Notes under the pieces: generated by a model
Database searches by the model: none
What the model saw: only the letters and a program-made list of their open reading frames with translations
What the model was told of the DNA's origin: nothing
In this document: one piece after another, positions 25,926-39,335 of the stretch
How positions within the stretch are numbered: the stretch's first letter is position 1
Layout of the letters: every line of letters starts with the position of its first letter
Position numbers and translations under genes: made by a program
Source of the DNA: Felis catus
Taxonomy: Eukaryota
NCBI RefSeq assembly: GCF_018350175.1
Contig: NC_058368.1
Span: 51,895,815 to 51,959,814 of the forward strand
DNA length: 64,000 bases
Reading direction: 5' to 3'

Positions 25926-26833
25926 AAACTTAACAGACCTTAACTTCAAGAGAGCCTGGAGGGCAATAGAAAACAGAGGCCTCACTCTTAAAAAGCTAGC
26001 ATAATAACTCTGCCCAAGACACAGCACAGAACTAGTAGTTTGAAAAGCACTTGGGGGATGCATGAAGACTTATTTGCTAATCTCAGTACCTGTGCTAAAG
26101 GAGCAGGGATCTTCAGGAGACTTCTCCAAGAACAAACATGCTAGTGGATACCATTTTCTTCCCCTCCCCGACCTAGATAGCTAGACATTTGCAGGAACCA
26201 GCACTAACAGTCTCCATCTTGCTAGTGCCATGTGCCCAACTCACTGTTCTCCTGCAGACCCACCCATCCAACCCACCCATCTTGGCAGGCATCCCGACGA
26301 AGCCACTTTTGCCCTGCCATACTCTGCAAGCAGGCCTGTCAGGAACTGGCTCCTCTCCAAAATAACTCCTGCCCTGGCGAGAGGGGGAGATAGCCCCACA
26401 CACCAGCATGCCCATGGTTCAAGCAGCCAAGGCTTTATTAGCTGGCTGCACAGGGAGAAAGCCCAGGCATTTAATGTGCTCATAGCTGTGGCAGAGAGGC
26501 TAACTGCAGATGGCTAGCTTAACTGCTGACCCTGCCCACTTACAAGCCCACAGCAACCTCCTACAGGCCCTTCAATAGCAAAGGGACCAAACCCTCACTA
26601 GTGTGTCAATAGCAGGCAAAGCAGGCCATTGCAGCTAAGTGGGCTAAAAGTGAATGTGCTACAGTCACAAGAGTAGGACACATGCAACCCAAATAGGAGA
26701 GACTCATAAGGCTCCTGGTTCTTATATGAGGGGAAATTGTACTACAGGTCACAGGACCTCTTCTACACAAGACCACTACAATCAAGACCTGGAGATGTAA
26801 CTGCGATCCCTCATATGTAGAAACAAACTCAGA

Positions 26834-27052
26834 GGTGTGCCTGGGTGTCTCGGTCAATTAAGCATCTGACTTCAGCTCAGGTCATGATCTCACTGTTCGT
26901 GGGTTCAAGCCCCATGTTGGGCTCTGTGATGACAGCTCAGAGCTTGGAGCCTGCTTCAGATTCTGTCTGTCTGTCTGTCTTTCTCTCTCTCTCTCTGTTC
27001 CTTCCCTGCTCACACTCTGTCTCTGTCTCTCTCAAAAATAAACATTAAAAAA
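26834..27052 (+). mobile_element. SINE in L1 A
   Basis: SINEC body and tail. Confidence 0.9.
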
Positions 27053-30039
27053 AAAAGAAACTTGGAGTTAGATAAAATAAAGAGACAAAGGAAAATGTTC
27101 TAAATGAAAGAACAAGATAAAATCATAGCAGAAGAACTACATGAAACAGAGATAAGCAATGTGTCTGATAAAGAATTCAAAGTAATGGACTTAAAGAGAG
27201 TCACTGAACTTGAAAAAAAGAGAGTGGATAAGCTCAATGAGAACTTCACCAAGAGACAGAAAACATTAAAAAAAAACAGAGATGAAGAATTCAATAACTA
27301 AATTAAAAATACATTACAGGGCATCACCTTCAGATCAGAGGATGCAGAAGAAAGAATCAGTAATCTGAAAAAGTAATAGAAAGCAACCAAGATGAACAGC
27401 AAAAAGAAAAAAGAATAAGAAATGAGAATATGGTAAGGGGACTCAGTGACATTATCAAACATAATGACATTTGCAATTTAGGGTTATTAAAAGGAGAAGA
27501 GACAGGAGGGGGCAGAAGACTTATTTGAAGGAATAATGACTGAAAACTTCCCTAGTTTGGAAAAGAAAACACACATACAGTCTCAGAAGCACACAGAGAG
27601 CCTCTAAAAGATTAACCCAAGATGGTCTACACCAAGACACATAATAATTAAAATGGCAAAAAGTAGTGATAAAAAAAGAGAATTTAAAAGCAGCAAGAGA
27701 AAAGAAAAAGAGTTACATATAAGGGAAACTCACTCCATAAGGCTATCACCTGATTTTTCAGCAGAAACTCTGCAGACCAGAAGGGAGTGGCAAGATATAT
27801 TTAATGTGATGAAAAGAAACCTGCAGCCAAGAATACTCTAACCAGCAAGGATATCATTCAGAATAGATGGAGAGAAAAAGAGTTTCCCAGGCAAACAAAA
27901 GTAATATGGAGTTCATCACCACTGAATCAGCCTTACAAGAAATATTAAAGAAAGTTGAGTGGAAAGGAAAGAACATACTGGAGTAAGAAAATTATGAAAG
28001 GAAAACATTTCACAGGTAAAAGCAAACATTAATAAAGGTAGTAGGCTAATCACTCATAAAGCCACTATGGAGGTTAAAACACACAAGTGGTAAAATCAAT
28101 TACATCTACAAAAATCAGTAAACGGATACACAGAAAGATATAAAATATGACATCACATACATAAGATATGGAGAAGGGAGTAAAAATTCAGTGCTTTTAG
28201 AATGTGTTCAAACTTAAATAACCATCAACTTAGTATAGACTGCTATGCATATAAGATGCTATACATGAACTTAACGCTAACCACAAACCAAAAACCTGTA
28301 ATAGATCCAGGCAGAACACTAAAGAAAGTAATTGAACCACAAGAAAAGAAAGCAAAAGAAAGGAACAGAGAAGAACTACATAAACAACCAGAAAACAATT
28401 AACAAAATTTCAATAAATACATACCTATTAATAATTACTTTAAGTATAAATGGACTAAATGCTCAAATCAAAAGAAATAGCATGACTGAATGGACTAAAA
28501 AAAAAAAAAAAAAGCAAAAACAGAAACAAAAAACACAAGACCCATCTATACACTGCCTACAAGAGACCCATTTTAGATCTAAAGACACATACAGACCGAA
28601 AATGAAGGGCTGGAAAAACATATACCATACAAATGAAAGCAGCAACAACAACAAACTGGGGCAGCAATACTTATATCAGAAAAAAATTTACCTTAAAACA
28701 ATACTACAACAACAAAGAAGGACATTACATAATGATAAAGGAAATAAAACAAGAAGAAGAGATAACAATTGTAAATATTGATGCACCCAATGTATAAGGC
28801 AAATATTAACAGACCTAAAGAAAGAAATTGGCAGTAATACAATAATAGTGGGGCACTTTAACACCCCGACTTACAACAATGGAAAGATCATCCAGAAAGA
28901 AAATAATCAAGAAAACAGTGGCTTTGAAGGACACATTAGACAAGAAAACCCTAACAGATATGTATAGAACATTCCATCCAAACCAACAAAATATAAATTC
29001 TTTCCAAGTGGACATTGAACATTCTCTAGGATAGATCACATGTTAGGCCAGAAAATAAGTCTCAACAAACTTCAGAAGACTGAAATCGTATCATGCATCT
29101 TTTCAGGCTACAACATGTGAAAGCAGAAATCAATCATAAGGAGAAATCTAGAAAGAACACAATACAAACACATGGAAGTTAAACAACATGTTACTAAACA
29201 ATCAATGTGTCAACCCAGAAGTCAAAGAGGAAATAAAAAATGTATATGGCGACAAATGAAAATGAAAACACAATGGTGAAAAATCTTTGAAACACAGCAA
29301 AAGCAGACCTAAGAGGTAAGTTAACAGCAATATAGGCCTACCTCAAGAAACCAAAAAAATAAATTCTCAAACAAACAACATAACCTTACACCTAAAAGAG
29401 CTAGAAAAAGAACAAAGCCCAAAGCTAGCAGAAGGAAAAAATAATAAAGATGGGAGCAGAGATAAAAAATGAAATAGACTATAAAAGCAAAGAACAGACC
29501 AATGAAACAAGGAACTAGTTCTTTGAAAAGATAAAATAAAGTTTTAGATTCATCCAAAAAAGTCTTAAAATCACAAATAAAGAGGAGAAATAACCACAAT
29601 GTAAATAAAATGGATTATAACAGAATATTATGAAAAATTATATGCCAACAAATCGGATAACCTAGGAGAGAGAAGTTCTCAGAAACATACAATCTTCTAA
29701 AACAGAATAAAAAATACAAAATTTGAAGACTAATTATAAATAATAAAATTAAATAATAAACACCAACAACAAAATCTCTTAACAAAGAAAAGTACAGGAC
29801 CAGACAGCGTCACAGGTGAATTCTACCAAACATGTAAAGAAGAATTAATACCTATGTTTCTAAAACTATTCCAAAAAAGTACAATACTAAGGAAAATTTC
29901 CTACATATTATTAAGGCCAGCATTACCCTGATATCAAGATATTAGAGATAGAGATATTGCAAAAACCAAAAAAGAAAGAAAGAAAAAGAAAAAAGAAAAC
30001 TACAGGCTATTATCTCTGATGAACATAGATGAAAAATAT

Positions 30040-30272
30040 TTTAAAAATTTTTTTAAGTTTATTTGTGAGGGAGAGAGAAAAGAGAGAGAGAGAGAAAGAG
30101 AGAGAGAGAGCATGAGCAGGGGAGGGCTAAAGAGAGGGAGACACAGAATCTGAAGCAGGCTCCAGGCTCCAAGCTGTCAGCATACCTGATGAAGGACTTG
30201 AACTCACAAACCACGAGATCATGACTTGAGACAAAGTTGGATGCTGAAATGATTGAGCCACCCAGGTGCCCC
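30040..30272 (-). mobile_element. SINE in L1 A ORF2
   Basis: SINEC body with long (GA)n. Confidence 0.92.
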
Positions 30273-31004
30273 TACACGAAAAAAATTCTTAACAAAATCT
30301 TAGCAAACAATTCAAAAATACATTAAAAAAAATCACTTACCATGATCAAGTAGGATCTATTCCCGCAATGCATGAATGGTTCAGTAATAGCAAATTGGAT
30401 GAACATAGATGCAAAAACTATCAACAACATGTTACCAAAACAATTAAAAAACATTAAAAATTCATTTACCAAAATCAAGTAGGATTTATTACAGGATGCA
30501 AGTGTGGTTCCCTATTTGCAAATCAATCAATGTGATACATATACATCACACTAATAAGACAAAGGATAAAAAACACCTGAATGGATGCAGAAAAAGCACT
30601 TGACACAATAATACATGCATTCATGATAAAAACTCCCATGAAGTAGGTTTAGAGGAAACATACCTCAACATAATAAACACCACATTTGATGAACAGAAAG
30701 CTAAATCATATTTAATGGTGAAAAACTGAGAGCTTTTCCTCAAAAGTCAAGAACAAGACAAGATCCACTGTCACCACTTTAATTCAGTGTAGTACTGGAA
30801 GTCCTAAATGCACCAGTCAGATGAGAAAAAGAAATCAAAGTCATCCAAATTGGCAAAAAAAAAAAAAAAAAAGTAAAACTGTCAGTAAGCGGATGACATA
30901 GTACAGTATAAACAAAATTTAAACTGCTCCAAAAACCATTAGAACAGATTAATGAATTCAGTAAAGCCAGAAGTTATGGAATTAATATAGAGAAGCATGT
31001 AATT

Positions 31005-31213
31005 AAAATTTTTTAAGTGTTTATTTATTTATTTTGAGACAGAAAGAGAGACAGCAAGTGGGGTAGGGGCAGAGAGAGAGAGAGAGTCCCAAGCAGTCTC
31101 TGTGCTGTCAGTGGGGAGCCTGATGCAGGGTTCAATCCCACAGACCGTGAGATCATGACCTGAGCTGATATCAAGAGTCGGATGTTCAACCCACTGAGCC
31201 ACACAGGTACCCT
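31005..31213 (-). mobile_element. SINE in L1 A ORF2
   Basis: TSD gagaagcatgtaatt / gagaaacatgtaatt. Confidence 0.93.
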
Positions 31214-33033
31214 GAGAAACATGTAATTTTATACACTAATAACAGAAACAGAATATTTGAAAAAATCCTATTATCAATTACACAAACACACACACACACA
31301 CACACAATTGGCACCACAACTGGCACCAAAAATAAACACATAGATCAATGGAAGGAAATAGCTATGGAACAGAACACTTACATGGTCAATGAATCTACAA
31401 CAAAGGTGGCAAGGATGGGCTAAGGGGAAAATAGAGTCTCTTCAATACACGGCGCTGGGAAAATTGGACAGTCCATGCAAAAGAATAAAACTGGACCACT
31501 TTTTGACCCCTTACAAACACACTTGAAATGCATTACAGATCCACATGTGAGACCTGAGACCATAAAACTGCAAGATGATGACACTGGCAGTAACTACTCA
31601 GACATTAGTCTTTGCAACACTTTTCTAGGTAGGTCTCCTCAGGCAAGGGAACCAAGAACAGAAATCAACTGATTGGGACCGCATCAAAATGTGATGCTCT
31701 TAAACGGCAAAGGAGACCATCCATCAAATGAGAAGGTAACCTACAGAATGCAAGAGACATTTGTAAATGCTGTATCTGATAAGGGATGAATATTCAAAGT
31801 ATTGAAAGAATTTATACAAGTCAACACAAAACCATCAAATCATTAGATGAAATCGTAGACAGGGGCCTTGAATACACATTTTTCCAGAGAAGACATACAG
31901 ATGGCCAACAGACACATGGGAAGATGCTCAACATCACTAGTCATCTACTAAAGGAAAATCAAATCTACAATGTGATATCAGCTGACAACTGATGGGTAGA
32001 ACCCAAAGGTCAGAAATACCAAGAGTTGCCAAGGGTATGAAGAAAATGAACCCTCATGCACTATTGGGGCGGGGGGTGTAATTTGGTATACCCTATGGGG
32101 AAAACAGTCTGAATATTCCTCCAAAATTACAAAGAGAAATAACATGGGATCCATTACTTCCAAAGCTGTGTACTCACTCAAAAATATATACATACACACA
32201 TACATACATAAATAAAAACACTAATTTGAAAATATATAATCACCTTGATTTTGGATGCAGCATTACTCATTATAGTCTAGATACTGAGGAGACCCAAGTA
32301 TATATCGACAGGTGAATGGATCAAGAACAAGTGGTATACACATAGAATGGAATATTACTTGGCCTTGAAAAAAAGATCTTTCATTTGATGCAACATTAAC
32401 AGCCCTAGGAAGCCTTACACTAAGTGAAATTTATGAAATAGGATATGACAAGTACCACAGAATCTTCCTTACATTTGAAATTTCAAAAACAAACCCAACC
32501 AACGTAGCAAGTAGAATCTGAGAAACAAACAAACAAAAGCAGACTACTAAATACAGAAAACAAAGTGCTGGTCACTAGTGGGATGATGGGCACAGTTTTG
32601 AGGTTAAATGGATAAATGGTATTAAGGCTTACAAACTTCCAGTGATAAGATAAATATCAGGTATGTGAAAATTATTGCATAGGGAATAGAGTCCATAATC
32701 TTGTAATAACACTGTTTGGTAACAGCTGGTGACTATACTTATCATGATCAGCAGTTAGTAGCGTTTAGAATTTTTATATCTTTACGTGTACACTTGAAAC
32801 CAATATAATACTTTATGTTAATAAATCAATGTAAAGACTCACTTTATATTGACAACGGATTAAAGAGTGCAGGACTGGAAGCAAGCCCAGGTGATATGTG
32901 CATATCTTGTAAAGGCAGCTGTACATAGAAACAGATGTGCAAAGTATAGAAGTTGCAATGCTTGGTGAATCCAAGCCTTGTCTCATTTAGCTACACTGCA
33001 GTGCAAGGGAGTGTTTATAAGAAAGAAGCTTAT

Positions 33034-33212
33034 GGGGCACCTGGGTGGCTCAGTCAGTTGAGCATCTGACTTTGGCTCAGGTCATAATCTCACAGTTTGT
33101 GAGTTTGAGTCCCATATTGGGCTCACTGCTGTCACCACAGAGCCCACTTCAGATACTCTGTCCCGGTCTCTCTGCCCCTCCCCTGCTCACACACTCTCAA
33201 AAATAAACAATA
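33034..33212 (+). mobile_element. Carnivore SINE
   Basis: SINEC head; aagctta-containing TSD. Confidence 0.9.
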
Positions 33213-33337
33213 AAAAAATAAGCTTAGAAATGGGCAGGATATAGCTTTTGGATGTCCTTTTATCCTATCCAATGTATAAATGGAGAGCCAGATCTTTCCA
33301 AGGAAAGGCTTGAAAGCAAGAATACCTTCTAATTCTC

Positions 33338-33885
33338 TGTTAGCCAGGGTTTAGTCCAGGTAGCACAGACTATTCTGTTTTCAAGCAGAAAGTATTGGAT
33401 GGTAGAAATCAGTACCTACGAAATTATTGGAAGGACAGTTTGGCTGGGTCAGGCTGGACCTCTGAGAATGGCTTTTATAGCACTGCAGACCAAGAGACAG
33501 GGAGGTTGTAAGAGACTGGGATGTGGGGAACTGGAACCACCGTTTCACTAATACACTCTTTAGCTCCGGTCCACGGATCAGGCTGTATCCAGGCTGTCAT
33601 GGTGCCTTCCAGATCTGCACTAACAAAAAATAGATTGGCCGCAGGTCTCATGTGTCCCACCCGTGAAAACAGTGACCACATAGGGGGATCTCTGTAATGC
33701 TGCCACAGAATAAAACCAATGCCTCTCTGGCTGTGCTTATTAAAAACACTAGGTTTCCCTGAATGGTCACCTTTCACTACAAGTACATCTAAGAGGTGGA
33801 CCTACCACTGCTTTTGGAATCCTTGCAGCAAAGAGTGAAGTTTTTAGCTTTCTCTGCATTGTAGGAAGACATACTCAAAGGAGCC
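33338..33885. mobile_element. Ancient ERVL-class LTR (LTR33/LTR41-like), approximate
   Basis: Begins tgttagccagggtttagtccagg; ends with ggaatccttgcagcaaagagtg...tttttagctttc; recall-based. Confidence 0.45.
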
Positions 33886-34159
33886 CCACATTCACCATGG
33901 AGAGGATTGTATTCACCTGGTGGACAATAGATAGACTGGAAGGAAAAGATTAGAGAAACATAGGTAGATAGGTAGATAGATAGATAGGATTTAGTGACTT
34001 ATTAGATAGACTTTGGATTAAACAGAGCTAAGGCAATTTATCAGCTTATGCTCAAAAGATTCATTTAGTGAACATCACATCCAGTGACTAACTGGAGGTG
34101 AGGGCTGTGGTGTGATCTCCCCCAGCCTCCCAGCAAGAAAAGTCATTGAAGGCTACAGC

Positions 34160-34851
34160 TGTACCATTTTTTTTTTCCACAGCAAAATAAGGGTCTCCAT
34201 TTTTCTAGCTCAGATGCCATTTTCCTAATCTCTCACTGCTTAACTGCTAAGCCAATTGAATCTTAAATCAGGGAAACTGAAGGACTCCATAAAAATCTGC
34301 TTTTTGCTCCTTTTCCTGCTTCTATCTTTCTAGGACCCGTACCCACCCCCCCCCCATCCCACCCCCATGTTACACATGCCTCATAATGCAAATAGTGTAT
34401 GTCCTTGTAAGGGACAAGGAGTTGATGTTTTCTTTAGAGTAGATAAATCACATCTAAGAAAGGACCAGGTGAGAATGGCCAGACAAAGCTTTCACGTGCA
34501 TATTCCAGGCCACCAGCCTAGACATCTCAACGCCAAGATGACCTGGCTCCAGAGAGTAACACCTGGGTCCTCGTCTTTGTTGTAATCTGTTCCTGGGTGC
34601 CTGAGAGGACATGTACAACAGACCACAGTCGTCAATGAAAAAAACCCAGACTCCGAGCAAAGACAAAGCTCATGCTCCTTTCCTTTCAGAGTCTCCCAGA
34701 TACTCTGTCCGTATTTGCTCTCTTTATATCTTCAATAAACTCTATTCTCATTTCCTGCAGGCTTGCATTTGGTTTCTGTACTGCGCAAAGCCAAGGACTC
34801 CCTTGGCTGGTACTGTGGGACCCCCTCCTCAGACCTGGCCTGCCGACATCA
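34160..34851 (+). mobile_element. ERV LTR (carnivore ERV1-like); 5' boundary uncertain
   Basis: AATAAA near 34734 followed by U5-like sequence ending gccgacatCA; no TSD identified. Confidence 0.65.
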
Positions 34852-34887
34852 ATACTTTTTAAATTTTAGTACAGTTAGTGTCTGCAG

Positions 34888-35319
34888 TGATGTGAGGAAC
34901 AAAGGCAGAAGGAAATGGCAGATAAAATTAAATTTCCTTATAACCTGCAGCACACTGACAAATTCTTGAGGCCAGCAGAGTAACCTTTCTCCAGGAACTC
35001 CCTATTGTCTTAATGCTAATGATTTTCTAGAGAGAAAGACAACCTTAGCTTGACCATAGCTAGGCCTCCAGTATCTTGTGAGTCTTCTTTAGCTTATGAA
35101 AATCTCACTGGAAACTTCCCCTGGAATTTAGCTCCCCCAACTCCATAGAATATAACCAGTCTCTCCTTCTGGTCCCAGGGGAGCTCATTCTGCCCACAGG
35201 TCCTGTCCCCATGCTTTAATAAAAATCACCTTTTTGCACCAAAGATGTCTTCAAGAATTCTTTCTTGGCCATCGGCTCCGGACCCCACGACCTCCACTAT
35301 CACCCCCAAAACCTCATCA
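34888..35319 (+). mobile_element. Solo ERV LTR, 432 bp
   Basis: TGATG...CATCA terminal inverted repeats; perfect 5-bp TSD TGCAG (34883-34887, 35320-35324); TATA-like at 35151; AATAAA at 35218-35223. Confidence 0.92.
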
Positions 35320-35343
35320 TGCAGGATATCTAAACTTTTTTTT

Positions 35344-35558
35344 TTAATTTTTTTTCAACGTTTATTTATTTTTGGGACAGAGAGAGACAGAGCATGAACA
35401 GGGGAGGGGCAGAGAGAGAGGGAGACACAGAATTGGAAACAGGCTCCAGGCTCTGAGCCATCAGCCCAGAGCCCGACGCGGGGCTCGAACTCACGGACCG
35501 CGAGATCGTGACCTGGCTGAAGTCGGACGCTTAACCGACTGCGCCACCCAGGTGCCCC
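35344..35558 (-). mobile_element. Young SINEC_Fc SINE
   Basis: TSD tctaaactttttttt. Confidence 0.95.
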
Positions 35559-35691
35559 TCTAAACTTTTTTTTAATCAGCTAAATCTTTTGACATTTGTC
35601 TGCCAGTTTTCTGTTTCAAATCTTCTGATTTGTATTATGTCTCCTAATTTCATTAAAAATGGAGTTAGTTTTTTGTTTGTTTCTGTTCTTT

Positions 35692-35773
35692 TTTAAAAAT
35701 TTTTATTTAATTTATTTTTCTAAATTTACATCCAAGTTAGCATATAAGGCAACGATAATTTCAGGAGTAGATT
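35692..35773 (-). mobile_element. Very short (~80 bp) 5'-truncated L1_Fc 3' end
   Basis: aaatttacatccaagttagcata...caggagtagatt; TSD tttctgttcttt on both sides. Confidence 0.85.
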
Positions 35774-36114
35774 TTTCTGTTCTTTCTGCTGATTTGGGGC
35801 AATTCTTAAAAAGAGAAGTGCTACGAAATGTCTTTATTTGTCTGGAAAATAAAGCCTTGCTTGGTTAATGTTTAATAATTTCTTCTCATAAAATGTTATA
35901 ATTCTTCTAATAACAACTTATATTTATATCAAAGATTCCTTCAAGCTCTGAATTCTAAAATTTTTTTGACCTGGAATATAGTTCTTATCACCACTCAGTA
36001 AACCTCTTCACGTATATACTTAAATGAAACAGAGTTAACATACGGAAACAATTGGTATAAAGGAAAAACAGTTTATAGCAAATATAATTTTGATATGTAA
36101 AAACAGGTATAGCA

Positions 36115-36775
36115 ATAACTACAACAACTAAAAGGCAACCAGATTAAAAAGTGGTCAAAGGACTTGAATAGACAATTTTTCTAAAGAACAAATGGCCACT
36201 AAGCACATGAAAAGATGTTCAATGTCACTAATCATTAGAGAAATGCAAATCAAAGCCACAATGTGATAGAAATTGACACCCATTAGAATAGTTTTCATAA
36301 ACAGTACAGGATAACACAAAACAAAACAAGTTTGGGCAGGAATGTAGAAAACCTGGAAACCTTGTGAACTGCTGGTAGTAATAAGCAGCTAGTATGGACA
36401 ATATTATGATGGTTTCTCCAAAAACCACAGAATTACCACATGATCCAGCAATTCCATCTCTGGGTACATACCCCAAAGACCTGAAAGCAGGGACTCAACC
36501 AGATATTTGTACACCTATGTTTATGGCATCTTTATTCATAGTAGACAAAAGTGGAAGTAACCCAAGTGTTCATCTGCAGACGAATGGGTAAATTCAATGT
36601 GGAATATACATGTAATGGAACACTATTAAGCCTTAGAAAGAAAGAAAATTCTGACACATGCTACAACATGGATATAATTTGAGGACATTATACTAAGTGA
36701 AATAAGCCAGTCACAAAATGACAAATACTGTAGGATTCTACTTATAGGAGGTGCCTAGCTAGATTAGTCAAATCA
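36115..36775 (+). mobile_element. Old L1M (L1MB/L1MA-like) 3' fragment
   Basis: ORF2 C-terminal remnants (ELPHDPAIP...ICTPMF) and 3'UTR motifs. Confidence 0.8.
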
Positions 36776-36887
36776 ACAGCAGTTGCTAGTGGCTAGGGAG
36801 CTTCTCACCGAGGAGAAAAGGGATTAAGCACATTGGGTACCCCAACTTATAAGACTGCACCGAGGAGACAAACCACCAAAACATCTT

Positions 36888-37101
36888 TTTAAGAAATTTT
36901 TTTAATTTTTTTAATTTTTGAGAGAGAGAAAGAGACAGAGTCAGCTGGGGAAGGACAGAGAGAGAGACACAAAATCCAAAGCAGGCTCCAGGCTCTGAGC
37001 TGTCAGCACAGAGCCTGACACAGGGCTTGAACTCATGAACTGTGAGATCATGACCTGAGCTGAAGTCCAAAGGCTAACCGACTGAGCCACCCAGGTGCCC
37101 C
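36888..37101 (-). mobile_element. SINE in L1 E 5'UTR
   Basis: TSD core ccaaaacatctt. Confidence 0.92.
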
Positions 37102-38456
37102 ATGCTGCCAAAACATCTTATTTTTGAAAACCAACAGTGCTTGTATCCACGGGACCTACACTGAGAAATGGCTGTTACAGGACTTGTACTCTTGACCTCA
37201 CTCACCCCAGGGGTCAGTATAGAAGCAGCTGATTAAAAGACACCCAGCCTTATTTTCTTATCTTAAAACACTGAGCTGAGGGCAAGACATCTCAGTTAAC
37301 ACACATGTAGGAACATGCTGGGGTTCTCTCTGGGGATGGAGTCTGGCAAGTGTCATCTTTGCATTCTCTCTTTGCCATGCTCCAGAGTGTCAGTATTTCC
37401 CAGGGGGGAGCTTTAACACATCTGGTGCTCTGGTTTTTATGTCTGGCACCACAGATTTGATGGCTGCTGCCCAGGAGACACCCTGACTGCTGCCAGGGGC
37501 CATGCATTCCTAGATCAATGGAATGGTAACAAATGGAAAGACCACCCCCAAGGCAATGCACAGACCTGACCGAAACTCACTCCAGTCTTTCTAGAAGAGA
37601 GGCCTATTTGCCTGTCCTGGAGGTTTGGCAGGAGAGATAGGCATCTCTTTTGGCACACATCTAGGAACCTACTGAGGTGTTCCCTGGGGACAGTGGCTGA
37701 TGGGTGCCACTTTGTGCTCTCCCTCTGTTTTATTACAGGTCACTGGTATCTCCTCAAAGGAATACTTACACTTTTCTGTCATCCTGATTTGCTGGCTCTC
37801 ATCTAGGGGACACTGGCATATACCTGGTTCTGGTGGCCAATGGGATTTATGCTCGTCGTCCCACAGACTGTATATATTGGCACACTTTAAAAACTGCTTC
37901 TTGAGGGTTTGGCTTTCAATCAGCCTGAATCTAGGTGCTGACAGATCCTCTCTTTTGGGACACTTACAGGTCTTGGCATACCTTCAGATATTGGGAGCCA
38001 CTTAAAAAAGTCACAAAGGACAGTCACAAAGATTGAGAGACAAGAGCTAGGGCAGAGGTGAACAAGAAGTTTCATCTCCTACAGAAGGCCATTTTTTCAA
38101 GACGGGGAGAGGTGGCTGTTTTATTTAATGTATAAAATCCAACATAGGCAATCAAGAAAAATGAAGAAAAAGAATATGTTTTAGACTAACAACATAAAAA
38201 GTCCTTAGTGAAATGGAGATTAGCTATTTACCTGATAAAGACTTGAAAAAAATGGTCATAAAGATGGTCAAACTCAGAATAATGGACAAATACGGTGAGA
38301 ACTTCAACAAAAAGATGGAAAACACGAGAAGGTACCAAATAAAAGGCACAGAGTTGAAGAATTTAATAGCTAATCTGAAAAAAAATGCTGCAGTGGCTCA
38401 ATATCAGACTAGATGAAGCAGAAGAAAATATCAGTGAACTTGAAAACAGTGCAGTT

Positions 38457-38496
38457 AATAAAAAACGTTGAAAAAAAATTAAAAAAAAAAAAAAAA
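38457..38496 (+). mobile_element. Tail-only (40 bp) SINEC_Fc retro-insertion
   Basis: Perfect 15-bp TSD gaaaacagtgcagtt (38442-38456, 38497-38511); the insert matches the young SINE tail aataaaaaacgttgaaaaaaaattaaaa. Confidence 0.85.
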
Positions 38497-39335
38497 GAAA
38501 ACAGTGCAGTTGGACTCACCCAATCAAAGCAGCAAAAAGAAAAAAAAAAGGAGTAAAGAAAAGTGAAGTTAGCTTAAGAGACTTCCAGGACAACATAAAA
38601 CAGGATAACATTCACATAATGGGGTCACAAAAGGAGGGAAGAGAGAAAGGGGCAGAAGTCTTATTTGAAGCAGTAATTGGTGAAAAATTCCCTAAACTTG
38701 GGAAGGAAATAGATATCCATGTCCTGGAAGACATTTCAGTGTGAGTTGAATGAGCGTTTCAAATACGATAAAACCAGAGATATCTATACCAGAACACTTT
38801 ATAAATAAAATGTCTAAAATCAAAGACAAGGAGAGACTCTTAAAACCAGCAAGGGAGAAACAAAAAACAAAAAACTTGTTACATACAAGAGAATCTCCAT
38901 CAGATTTTTCAGAAGAAAACTTTCAGGCAAAAAGAGAGTTGCACAACATATTCAAAGTACCAAAGGAAAAACTAAACAAAACAAAACACCTTACAACTAA
39001 GAATACTCTATCCAGCAAGACTATCATTCAGAATTGAAGGAGAGATAAAACGTTTTCTAGACAAACATAAGGTAAAAGAACTCATCACCAACAAACACGT
39101 ATTAAATGTTAAAGACACTTCTTTAGGCAGAAAATAAAGGGTGTCATTTAGTAACAGAAAAGTATATGAAAATATAAATCTCACTGGTAAAGGTAAATAT
39201 GTAGTAAAATTTAGCATAATATAATGTTGTAAAGGAGGTAGGTTCATCACTTATAAAGCTGATAAGAAGGTTAAAACACACAAAAAATAACTATAATAAT
39301 TATAAAAGAACTAATTTTTTAAAAATTATAACTTT

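Larger units (their letters stand above)
16877..32834 (+). mobile_element. L1 'A': full-span carnivore L1, degraded, host of nested insertions (5'UTR 16877-17225 and ~25756-27080, ORF1 remnant ~27080-27960, ORF2 remnant ~28410-32400, 3'UTR to 32834)
   Basis: 5' end ggaggcaaaaggaagatggtggagtaggaggatcctgagctc; TSD aaactcactttatat (16862-16876) / agactcactttatat (32835-32849); ORF1/ORF2 peptides visible in the ORF track. Confidence 0.88.
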
